Below are positions 8,388 to 16,958 of a stretch of 32,000 bases of DNA, piece by piece. This DNA comes from Dickeya solani IPO 2222 (GTDB lineage Bacteria > Pseudomonadota > Gammaproteobacteria > Enterobacterales > Enterobacteriaceae). A program made the position numbers and the translations under genes. The stretch covers positions 1,320,001-1,352,000 of the forward strand of contig NZ_CP015137.1 in assembly GCF_001644705.1 (NCBI RefSeq). Direction: 5' to 3'. Below the pieces are notes generated by a model, which saw only the letters and a program-made list of their open reading frames with translations, made no database searches and was not told the DNA's origin. Every line of letters starts with the position of its first letter. The stretch's first letter is position 1.

Positions 8388-10058
8388 ATGACTATGCGTT
8401 ATACAGGAGCTGAGCTGATCATCCGTCTGCTGGAGCAGCAAGGCATTACCACAGTGACCGGTATTCCAGGCGGCGCGGCGCTGCCGCTGTACGATGCGTT
8501 GGGGAAAAGCCGCACCATTCGCCACGTACTCGCCCGCCATGAACAGGGGGCTGGATTCATCGCACAGGGTATGGCGCGCGCCAGCGGTAAGGCAGCGGTT
8601 TGCATGGCGTCCAGCGGTCCCGGCGCCACCAACCTGCTCACCGCCATCGCCGACGCCAAACTCGACTCTATTCCGTTGGTGTGTATCACCGGCCAGGTGC
8701 CGTCCGGCATGATCGGCACCGATGCCTTTCAGGAAGTGGACACCTACGGCATCTCGATTCCGGTCACCAAGCACAACTATCTGGTGCGCGACATCAGCGA
8801 GCTGCCGCAGGTGATCAATGACGCCTTCCGACTGGCGCAGTCCGGTCGCCCCGGCCCGGTCTGGGTGGACATTCCCAAAGACGTACAAACGGCCACCATC
8901 GAGCTGGCGGAACTGCCCGCACCGGCAGCGCTGTCCCCGGCCCCTGTCATCGACGCCGACGCCCTGCGCGCCGCCGCCGCCATGATCAATCAGGCCAAAC
9001 GACCGATCCTGTATCTGGGCGGCGGCATCATCAGCGCCGGCGCGCATCGGCAGGCTATCGAGCTGGCGGAACGCGCCGGGCTGCCCACCACCATGACGTT
9101 GATGGCGCTGGGCGCCATGCCGGTGGATCACCCGCTGTCGCTCGGCATGCTCGGCATGCATGCCGCTCGCTACACCAATATGATCCTGCAGCAGTCGGAC
9201 TTGTTGATCGTGCTGGGCGCCCGCTTTGACGATCGCGCTATCGGCAAAGCGGAAGAATTCTGCCCGGATGCCCGCGTGATCCATATCGATATCGATCCAG
9301 CGGAGTTCGGCAAGATTCGCCAGCCGCACGTGGCGCTTCACGCCGATGTGGCTCAGGCGTTGGATCAGTTGCTGCCGCTGGTCGACCATCAGCCGCGCGC
9401 TGACTGGCTCGCCCAGGCGCGCGCCCTGCAACGCGATTTCCCGTTCAGCATGCCCAACGCCGACGATCCGCTCAGCCATTACGGGTTGATCCGCGCCGTG
9501 GCCGAGCAACTGGACGATCAGGCCATCATTACCACCGATGTGGGCCAGCACCAGATGTGGGTAGCGCAGGCGTATCCGCTGCGGCGCTCGCGTCAGTGGC
9601 TGACCTCCGGCGGTTTCGGCACCATGGGTTTTGGCGTGCCCGCGGCTATCGGCGCCGCACTGGCGGAACCGCAGCGCACCGTGGTCTGCTTTTCCGGCGA
9701 CGGCAGCCTGATGATGAACATTCAGGAAATGGCCACCGCCGTGGAAGAGAACCTGAACGTAAAAATCGTGCTGATGAACAACCAGTCGCTGGGGCTGGTG
9801 CACCAGCAGCAGGATCTGTTCTACCAGCAGAATTTTGTGGCCTCCGACTACCGCTATCAGACCAACTTTCTGGCGATTGCCGCCGGATTCGGCTTCGCCA
9901 CTTGCGATCTGAACGCCGCTGAAAACCCGCAAGCCGCCCTGCGCGACGCCCTGCAACAACCCGGCCCGGCGTTAATTCACGCCGCTATCGATATCAACGA
10001 AAAAGTGTTCCCGATGGTACCGCCGGGTGCCGCCAACATTGAGATGATTGGAGATTAA
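8388..10058 (+). CDS. ilvB: Acetolactate synthase I (AHAS I) large subunit
   Basis: ..YTGAELIIRLLEQQGITTVTGIPGG..LPLYDAL...ARHEQGAGFIAQGMAR...GPGATNL.TAIADA.LDSIPL.CITGQVP..MIGTDAFQE.DTYGISIP.TKHNYLV is colinear with E. coli IlvB through to PMVPPGAAN.EM.G. Confidence 0.9.
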   Translation: MTMRYTGAELIIRLLEQQGITTVTGIPGGAALPLYDALGKSRTIRHVLARHEQGAGFIAQGMARASGKAAVCMASSGPGATNLLTAIADAKLDSIPLVCITGQVPSGMIGTDAFQEVDTYGISIPVTKHNYLVRDISELPQVINDAFRLAQSGRPGPVWVDIPKDVQTATIELAELPAPAALSPAPVIDADALRAAAAMINQAKRPILYLGGGIISAGAHRQAIELAERAGLPTTMTLMALGAMPVDHPLSLGMLGMHAARYTNMILQQSDLLIVLGARFDDRAIGKAEEFCPDARVIHIDIDPAEFGKIRQPHVALHADVAQALDQLLPLVDHQPRADWLAQARALQRDFPFSMPNADDPLSHYGLIRAVAEQLDDQAIITTDVGQHQMWVAQAYPLRRSRQWLTSGGFGTMGFGVPAAIGAALAEPQRTVVCFSGDGSLMMNIQEMATAVEENLNVKIVLMNNQSLGLVHQQQDLFYQQNFVASDYRYQTNFLAIAAGFGFATCDLNAAENPQAALRDALQQPGPALIHAAIDINEKVFPMVPPGAANIEMIGD

Positions 10059-10061
10059 CTC

Positions 10062-10355
10062 ATGCAGACCCCATCCATTACCGCACAGGTCACGCTGGAA
10101 CTCTCGGTACGCAACCACCCGGGCGTGATGTCGCACGTGTGCGGGCTATTCGCCCGCCGCGCTTTCAACGTGGAAGGCATCATGTGTATGCCGCTGCCGG
10201 GCAACGAGCAAAGCCGCATCTGGCTACTGGTGAAAGACGACCAGCGCTTGCCGCAGATGATCAGTCAGGTGGAAAAGCTGGAAGACGTGCTGCAGGTGAC
10301 TCGCCACGGCGAAGAGATGCATATCTTTGATCAGGTGGCTGAGTTTTACCGCTGA
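10062..10355 (+). CDS. ilvN: Acetolactate synthase I small (regulatory) subunit
   Basis: The 97-aa product [33 protein letters not shown]...[24 protein letters not shown] matches E. coli IlvN (96 aa). It starts 3 nt after ilvB. Confidence 0.9.
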   Translation: MQTPSITAQVTLELSVRNHPGVMSHVCGLFARRAFNVEGIMCMPLPGNEQSRIWLLVKDDQRLPQMISQVEKLEDVLQVTRHGEEMHIFDQVAEFYR

Positions 10356-10362
10356 ACCGCAG

Positions 10363-10389
10363 GGGCCATACCGCCCCCCGGTATGGCCC
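10363..10389. terminator. GC-rich hairpin between convergent ilvN and yabI (possible bidirectional terminator, no clear U-run)
   Basis: GGGCCATACCG (10363-10373), loop CCCCC, CGGTATGGCCC (10379-10389): a perfect 11-bp stem. Confidence 0.45.
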
Positions 10390-10400
10390 TCGATCCAAAC

Positions 10401-11168
10401 TCAGCCATTCAGAATTTGCCACAGCAGGCGACGGTACACCGGCATCAACGGATGCTGCCACAACTGCCACAGACTAACGGCGGCGATAACCGACACCAGC
10501 GGCGCCAGCCAGTACAAACGCGAAGCCGTCAACCCACCGGTTGATTCGGCTTTGGCTCCACGACGGGCACGCCACAGGCGCCACACCAGCCAGCCAGCCC
10601 CCCACAGCAAGATAGCCGTGATTAACAGCAGCCACTTGAAACTGCCGCTGTCGGCCTGCTTGGGGATATCGATCGCCACGCCGGCCAGAATGCCGGGCAG
10701 CAGATAAACCGGCGGCCAGGTGAGACAGCCGATGATATTCGGCAACGCAAAGCGCCGGGGCGACAACTCCAGCATCCCCGCCACCATCGGGATCAGCGGA
10801 CGAGTCGGGCCAAAAAACCGCCCAATCAGAATGGTCGCCATATTATGCTGATGCAGCATTTTTTCGGTGCGATACAGGTAAGCTCGGTGCTTTTGCAGGA
10901 ACGACCAGTTATGCAGCCGGTCCTTGAAACGCCAGCCGATAAAATAGGAAATCCAGTCTCCCAGCAGGCAACCGATGATGCCCATGCCCCAGGCCGGATA
11001 CAGCCCCATATTGCCGCTGCCGATCAACGCCCCCAACGACGCCATCATCAGCGTGCCGGGCAACAGCAGCCCCACCAACGCCAGTGACTCCAGAAACGCC
11101 ACCAGCAGTACCGCCGTCAGCGACCAGGCTAACGATTGTGTGATCAGATGCTCCAGCCAGGCTTCCAT
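10401..11168 (-). CDS. yabI: DedA-family inner membrane protein YabI
   Basis: MEAWLEHLITQS...VAFLESLALVGLLLPGT..MA.LGALIGSG...GDWISYFIGWRFK...GRFFGPTRPLIPMVAGML...NIIGCLTWPP.YLLPGILAG.AIDIP is colinear with E. coli YabI. Confidence 0.85.
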   Translation of the reverse strand: MEAWLEHLITQSLAWSLTAVLLVAFLESLALVGLLLPGTLMMASLGALIGSGNMGLYPAWGMGIIGCLLGDWISYFIGWRFKDRLHNWSFLQKHRAYLYRTEKMLHQHNMATILIGRFFGPTRPLIPMVAGMLELSPRRFALPNIIGCLTWPPVYLLPGILAGVAIDIPKQADSGSFKWLLLITAILLWGAGWLVWRLWRARRGAKAESTGGLTASRLYWLAPLVSVIAAVSLWQLWQHPLMPVYRRLLWQILNG

Positions 11169-11429
11169 AAATCTCTACATTTCTGCTTTTTTATGAACAA
11201 AGATAACGGGATGATAGCAGGAAACGGTGGGAATATGGCAGATAGTAGTAAAAGCGCGGCTGACGCGAGGTTAACCATTACTGGACAGCTACGTCCTTGA
11301 AGCAGCAACATTTTGTTGTTATAAAAGCATCACTTTAAGAAAATAAATGGATTGACTCATGTAAGAAGCGAGGATTGCTTTTCCTGTTGGCACATTGCGG
11401 AACAACAGAGTTAAGTTAGGGTAAACAAT

Positions 11430-11996
11430 ATGAAAAAAATAGCACATGCTTCGCTGTTAATAGCGCTATTGGTATCATTACAAGCCTATGCATCTATTAA
11501 TTTAATCAAGAATGAGGATAAAACCCTATCAAGTGAAGTAATAAAATATGGAAATAAAAAAGGGCTAGTTGATATAAAACCCCAGAGCGATCAGAGCTTT
11601 GACATTATTGACGACGGGAAATACATAGGAACAATCATTCCAGCCAAAGGATTTCATAAAAACTATTACCCACTGTGCTTTATTGGTTGGTCAACTGATA
11701 AAAAAACAATATCAAAAATCATCCTATCAATAGGGCAAGGATATTTTGAACTTTCCCTCTGTTCAAAACTTGATGCAATAGGAAAAATAGAGGAAAAGGG
11801 AAGAACCTTTATTGGCTTTGTATACACTGTAGGGTTGAGAGACAGATATGCTCAAAACTACTTTCTCATTGAGCTTAATAGAGAAAAAAGAACTATAGAA
11901 GATAAAAGTCAACTCATTGAAAAATTTCAAAATGATTCAGAAAAAAAGAGCATAGCTGATCTTAGAAGAGATATAAAGAAAATTGATGAGAAATAG
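11430..11996 (+). CDS. Secreted (SPase I signal peptide) protein of unknown function, paralog 1 of a tandem pair
   Basis: MKKIAHASLLIALLVSLQAYA|SI is signal-peptide-like. The C-terminal ~125 aa are about 60-65% identical, by eye, to the next ORF (shared PLCFIGWS, SIGQG.FE, IGFVYTVGLRDR, NYFLIEL). AT-rich codon usage. I recognise no family. Confidence 0.6.
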   Translation: MKKIAHASLLIALLVSLQAYASINLIKNEDKTLSSEVIKYGNKKGLVDIKPQSDQSFDIIDDGKYIGTIIPAKGFHKNYYPLCFIGWSTDKKTISKIILSIGQGYFELSLCSKLDAIGKIEEKGRTFIGFVYTVGLRDRYAQNYFLIELNREKRTIEDKSQLIEKFQNDSEKKSIADLRRDIKKIDEK

Positions 11997-11998
11997 CA

Positions 11999-12556
11999 AT
12001 GAAGAGAATATTGGCAATAATAACATTATCAATGTCACTTCAAGCGCATGCATCAATTACGTTGACGCCGATTGATAGCAGCAATCTATTATTGCAGCTG
12101 TCGATAAAAACACAACCCTTGGGAATAGACCAGATAAAAATAGATAATGGACAATCTTTTGACATTACTGAAAACGGTAAATATCTAGGCACACTAATCC
12201 CTGCCGAGGGTTATTATAGAAAATACAATCCGCTATGCTTTATTGGTTGGTCTATAGACAAAAAAGAAATCAGTAATATTGTTCCATCTATTGGTCAGGG
12301 TGATTTCGAAAGCTCAATCTGCCTAAGTCTCGATGCTGTTGGGAAAATAGAAGTAAAAGAAAAAACATATATAGGATTTGTTTATACAGTTGGATTAAGA
12401 GACAGACGAGCTAAAAACTATTTTTTGATTGAGTTAGATAAAGATAAAATAACGATCGCAGATAAAAGTGCACTTGTCGATAGTCTACAAAATAATAGTG
12501 ATGAAAAAAGCATTGTAATGCTCAGGAAATATTTCTCTCAAAACATCTCACGTTAA
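11999..12556 (+). CDS. Secreted protein of unknown function, paralog 2 of the tandem pair
   Basis: MKRILAIITLSMSLQAHA|SI is signal-peptide-like. It starts 2 nt after the paralog-1 stop (operon). Conserved blocks are as for paralog 1, including two conserved Cys. Confidence 0.6.
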   Translation: MKRILAIITLSMSLQAHASITLTPIDSSNLLLQLSIKTQPLGIDQIKIDNGQSFDITENGKYLGTLIPAEGYYRKYNPLCFIGWSIDKKEISNIVPSIGQGDFESSICLSLDAVGKIEVKEKTYIGFVYTVGLRDRRAKNYFLIELDKDKITIADKSALVDSLQNNSDEKSIVMLRKYFSQNISR

Positions 12557-12602
12557 TCCAGACGTACCATTAATTATAAATCCAGCAGGAAAATAGAGGG
12601 AA

Positions 12603-12989
12603 TTATAACAGCAATTCAAAATAAGTAGCATTATCTTCACGATTAACGGAAAGCACAATAAATTTATTTTTATCTGGCGATTCCCATACCTCTCGGTAAC
12701 CATCATCCATATTGAGCGTAAACTTCAATAATTTCAAATAGTTCCTTAACGTCTCAATATCGGTGGTATTTTCAAAATATATACCAGTGACCTGCTTCCC
12801 AGGCCCTTCAGCATCGCCGTGTTTAATTTGATATTTTTGAGATATTTTTGGTGCATTTATTATTATTGGATCAGTTAAACTACTATTATCCGAAGAAGAA
12901 AATTGATGCTCTAATCCGCTATTGGAAATAATAAAATAAGCGATTGGCACACCTAAGACGAAAAAAATAATTATCATTTTCTTTCTCAT
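12603..12989 (-). CDS. Small membrane-anchored or secreted protein; candidate immunity protein for the upstream putative effector
   Basis: The N-terminus MRKKMIIIFFVLGVPIAYFIISNS is a hydrophobic anchor or signal, followed by a Ser-rich linker and a ~90-aa domain. Its ATG (12989-12987) directly abuts the TAA (12992-12990) of the upstream gene, indicating translational coupling. The position matches the usual effector-immunity gene order. Confidence 0.5.
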   Translation of the reverse strand: MRKKMIIIFFVLGVPIAYFIISNSGLEHQFSSSDNSSLTDPIIINAPKISQKYQIKHGDAEGPGKQVTGIYFENTTDIETLRNYLKLLKFTLNMDDGYREVWESPDKNKFIVLSVNREDNATYFELLL

Positions 12990-13691
12990 TTAATCACCAT
13001 TAAAGAAGTTATTATGTATTTCACTACCATCCTCTACTGCAATACCAACTTTATCTGATGTGGAACGAGAGTACGGTTTTATAGTTAACATAAACGATGG
13101 TAAAAAACCTAAGTATGGTCTAACATTTGGATTCTTATCTGGATCAGGAAATAACATCGGCCTGAATGTTTTATTTTTAAATGAACCAATGGGACCATAA
13201 AAATCCCATCGTCTCAAAGCATCCTCTTTACTCACTGGCTTTAATTCAGGAAAGTAATTTTTATTATATATAGCCCTATAAAAACCTAGTAAATCAGATA
13301 CTAAATCTTCACCACTAAATCCACTATCGGTGATAGCACTGAAAGGGAATGAATCCTGCAAATTTTCAAATCGACAAGCTACTTTCATCATCATGGCAAG
13401 AGCAATACTATATCTTTCATATAAAGTAGTCCCTTTTTTTATTCTCCAAACAACATATTTAGATATTCCAATATTTTTTTTGAATTTCCACATCCCTTGA
13501 AAATACTTAACATCATAGTATGGTTGACTTCCATTTTCACCTGCTTCGAACTGATTAAGCAAAGCTTTTATATCAAAGCCTTGAGCATGCCCCAAGTCAA
13601 CCCACCCTAAAACTTCTGTATATACTAAACCATAGCTTTTAAAAGTAGCTTCAGAGCCATTTAATATATCTGAGCGTTTACTCATAGTCAT
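12990..13691 (-). CDS. Hypothetical 233-aa protein; candidate Hcp-dependent T6SS effector of unknown activity
   Basis: It lies 34 nt downstream of an Hcp gene on the same strand and is followed by a coupled membrane-anchored ORF. It has no signal peptide or TM segment. I recognise no family motif: no HExxH, no exact GxSxG, a single Cys. Confidence 0.5.
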   Translation of the reverse strand: MTMSKRSDILNGSEATFKSYGLVYTEVLGWVDLGHAQGFDIKALLNQFEAGENGSQPYYDVKYFQGMWKFKKNIGISKYVVWRIKKGTTLYERYSIALAMMMKVACRFENLQDSFPFSAITDSGFSGEDLVSDLLGFYRAIYNKNYFPELKPVSKEDALRRWDFYGPIGSFKNKTFRPMLFPDPDKNPNVRPYLGFLPSFMLTIKPYSRSTSDKVGIAVEDGSEIHNNFFNGD

Positions 13692-13725
13692 CTCATTCCA
13701 TTGAAGTTGATATAATCAAATGATA

Positions 13726-14205
13726 CTACATTGTAGAATCTCTCCAAAACATATAAGAATTTGTGCGTGCAGCAACATTTTCCCACTCAATAGTATTGAA
13801 CTTAATAGAAATATTCTCACATGGCTGTATATCGTTATGCGTTAATGAATTTGGATAAAAACAGCTAATATTTGATATTATTGCGCCTAAAAGGTTTATC
13901 TTGAAATATAATTCAATCCCTCCAGAAATACTGGTTCTGAAAATGGAAAAATTACATGTCAGCGTTTCATTTTCATTTAATGCTTGGGATATTAATGGCG
14001 TGGCTTTATCTATTGGCTTTCGTACCTGAACAGGATGAAATGATATGTTTTCTTCACGCATAACATTAGTATTTAATTCATATATAAATATCTCATTCTC
14101 ATGCCCAGCCTGATACAGGTTCCCTATTGATGGAGCGGTAGAACATCCAGCTGATATAAGCCCTTGTTTTTCTCCATGAAGCGAAAGGTAAATAATGTTT
14201 GCCAT
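13726..14205 (-). CDS. hcp: Hcp (TssD) family type VI secretion tube/chaperone protein, orphan copy
   Basis: The 159-aa product MANIIYLSLHGEKQGLISAGCS..SIGN.YQ.GHE..I....L...V........H.P....KPIDKATPL...A...E.L...F.F.RTS..GG.ELY.KI.L..A.I......P......D.QP.E.I...N.IEW has the length and N-terminal pattern of Hcp1-family proteins (compare MANLIYLTLNGKQQGLISAGCST.. type sequences). No other T6SS core genes are in the window. Confidence 0.75.
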   Translation of the reverse strand: MANIIYLSLHGEKQGLISAGCSTAPSIGNLYQAGHENEIFIYELNTNVMREENISFHPVQVRKPIDKATPLISQALNENETLTCNFSIFRTSISGGIELYFKINLLGAIISNISCFYPNSLTHNDIQPCENISIKFNTIEWENVAARTNSYMFWRDSTM

Positions 14206-14371
14206 ATCAAGTCCCTGATTACATTAGTTTAGGTGTATAAAGCTACTAATCATTACAATTTATGTCAACGATAAATAAAAACCGGAATGTTCAGGCCTAA
14301 CACTGTCGTTATGCCCCTGAAAGGAGTTTTGCCTTTCTGAAAGAGAATCTCTAACTCGTTCGCTAAATATG

Positions 14372-14405
14372 AAAAAAGCCGATTACTCAGAGGCAGTCGG
14401 CTTTT
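14372..14405 (-). terminator. Rho-independent terminator downstream of the ABC-transporter operon (bidirectional appearance)
   Basis: The sequence is AAAAAAGCCGA-ttactcagaggcag-TCGGCTTTT: a stem flanked by an A-run and a T-run, about 55 nt after the last ATPase gene stop (14458). Confidence 0.7.
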
Positions 14406-14457
14406 CACATAATACTTTCACCTTAGCGTTTGATGAGCAAATTATCGCCATTTACGC

Positions 14458-15145
14458 TCATCCCCCCAAATACATCCGCTTCACCTCCGGATTGGCCAGA
14501 ATCTCCCGTGCCGGGCCGTGCAATACCATGCGGCCGTTTTCCAACACATAGGCGCGATCGGCAATTTTCAGCGCAGCGGTGGCGTTCTGCTCCACCAGCA
14601 GGATGGTGATGCCTTCCTTCTGCAACTGCTTGATGGTTGAGAATAATTCGCCCACCACTTTCGGCGCCAGTCCCAGGCTTGGTTCGTCCAGCATCAGTAG
14701 CACCGGTTCGCTCATCAGCGCGCGGGCGATAGCCAGCATCTGCTGCTCACCGCCGCTCATGGTGCCGGCCATCTGGCTGCGCCGCTCTTTGAGACGCGGG
14801 AACAGCGCGTACATTTTGTCGCGCAAGTAGGCAAAGTTAACCGGGTTGTTGTAAGCGCCCATGCGCAGGTTTTCTTCAATCGTCAGATTGGTGAACACCT
14901 TGCGCCCTTCCGGCACCAGCGCCAGCCCTTTACGGACGATCTGGTGCGTTGGGCTGTGGGAAATGTCCTCGTTGAGAAAACCGACCGTCCCGGTGGATTT
15001 CACCAGATTGATGATACCGTTGAGGGTTGAGGTTTTCCCGGCGCCGTTACTGCCGATCAGGGTGACGATTTCGCTGTTGTTCACTTCCAGATCGATGCCT
15101 TTCAGCCCCTGAATCAGCCCGTAAAACACTTGCAGATCGCGGGCG

Positions 15146-15153
<8 letters not shown>
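14458..15153 (-). CDS. HAAT-family (branched-chain amino acid type) ABC transporter ATP-binding protein, LivF-like
   Basis: GSNGAGKTSTL (Walker A), MSGGEQQMLAIARAL (signature), LLMLDEPSLGLAP (Walker B), and a C-terminal NPEVKRMYLG typical of LivF. Confidence 0.85.
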
Positions 15154-15914
<761 letters not shown>

Positions 15915-15925
<11 letters not shown>

Positions 15926-16958
15926 TCGCGCTTCTCCTGCGGATATCCCAGATTTCCTGCTTGCCCAGCAGCCCTTCGCGGGCGAACAGCATGATCACCA
16001 GCAGCACCAGTGAGAACACCACCATCCGCAGCCCTGGATGCGCCCCCAGATCCTGGCCGAACAACGTCAGCGGTTGATCGAGGAAACGCAGCCACTCGCC
16101 GCTGCCGATCACGATGATCGTGCCGAGAATGGCGCCGGTAGTGCTGCCCAGCCCGCCGAGTACAATGATGATCAGCAACTGGAAGGTCAGCATGAAGTCG
16201 AACAGATCCGGCGAGATGATCGTCAGCAACGACGCCAGCAGCCCGCCGCCGATGCCCTCGAAAAAGGCACTGGTGGCAAAGGCACAGGTTTTGATGCGAA
16301 AGGTATTGATGCCCATCGCAATCGCCGCGTCCTCATCGTCGCGCACCGCTTTCATGGCGCGGCCGTATTTGGAGTACACCAACTGTAGGATGAACAGCAC
16401 CGCCGCCAGCGCGATGAAACCGCACCAGTACAGAATGTGACTGACCTGCGGGATCTCGTTCAGACCGATGGCGCCGTTGGTGAATTGCGGGTTATTGATG
16501 GCGAAGATCTTGATGATGAAGCCGAACCCCAGTGTGACGATCGCCAGATAATCGCCGCGCACGCGGAATACCGGAAACGACAGGCACACCGCCACCGCCG
16601 CCGCGCATACGCCGCTGATGATCAGCGCCGGCAGAAACGACGCGTGCACCGCCAGAATCAGCGGGTTGGGCGCCGTCATCTCAAACATGTTGGTTTTGGC
16701 ATCCGCGCTCAGCAGCAGCAACGCCGTAATGTAAGCGCCGATCGCCACAAACCCGTTAGGCTCCAGAGACAGCTGCCCGGTCACGCCGTTAATCAGGTTA
16801 TAGCTGACCGCCAGAATCATAAAAATGAAGATGTTACAGAAGATACGCACGATATAGTCGTTAAACAGCGCATCCAGCCCGGTCAACGCCAGCAGGGCCA
16901 GCGCAAACACAGCGAGGTACCCCAGCCACATCGTCGGGGAAGTCTGCGGCATTCTCAT
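15915..16958 (-). CDS. HAAT-family ABC transporter permease, LivM-like
   Basis: A multi-TM 347-aa protein with LivM-like blocks (GQLSL....F..IGAY, RAMKAVRDDE.AA.AMGIN). Its ATG overlaps the upstream TGA (TGATG at 16960-16956). Confidence 0.8.

Larger units (their letters stand above)
11290..14300. other. AT-rich genomic islet (likely horizontally acquired) carrying 5 non-core ORFs; boundaries approximate
   Basis: Hand counts of sample 60-nt lines give about 27-42% G+C inside (lines at 12001, 13021, 13441) against about 68% for a sampled ilvB line (9001). The flanks are core genes (yabI, ABC transporter). No integrase, IS or tRNA was seen. Confidence 0.7.

Noticed and set aside
8228-8413. 61-aa plus-strand ORF across the ilvB leader
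   Set aside because: It is the wrong frame relative to the IvbL-like peptide and runs through the attenuator hairpin into the ilvB start.
11235-11300. Short ORF MADSSKSAADARLTITGQLRP* at the left islet boundary
   Set aside because: It is only 21 codons, with no RBS and no recognisable similarity. It could be a gene remnant, but that cannot be supported from sequence alone.
11169-14352. 8-bp direct repeat AATCTCTA at 11169-11176 and 14345-14352, flanking the islet (possible target-site duplication or att remnant)
   Set aside because: An 8-bp match between two ~250-bp flanks is expected by chance about once. There is no integrase, IS end or tRNA to support it.
14369-14551. 60-aa plus-strand ORF at the right edge of the islet
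   Set aside because: It spans the rho-independent terminator and continues antisense into the LivF-like gene, so it is unlikely to be coding.
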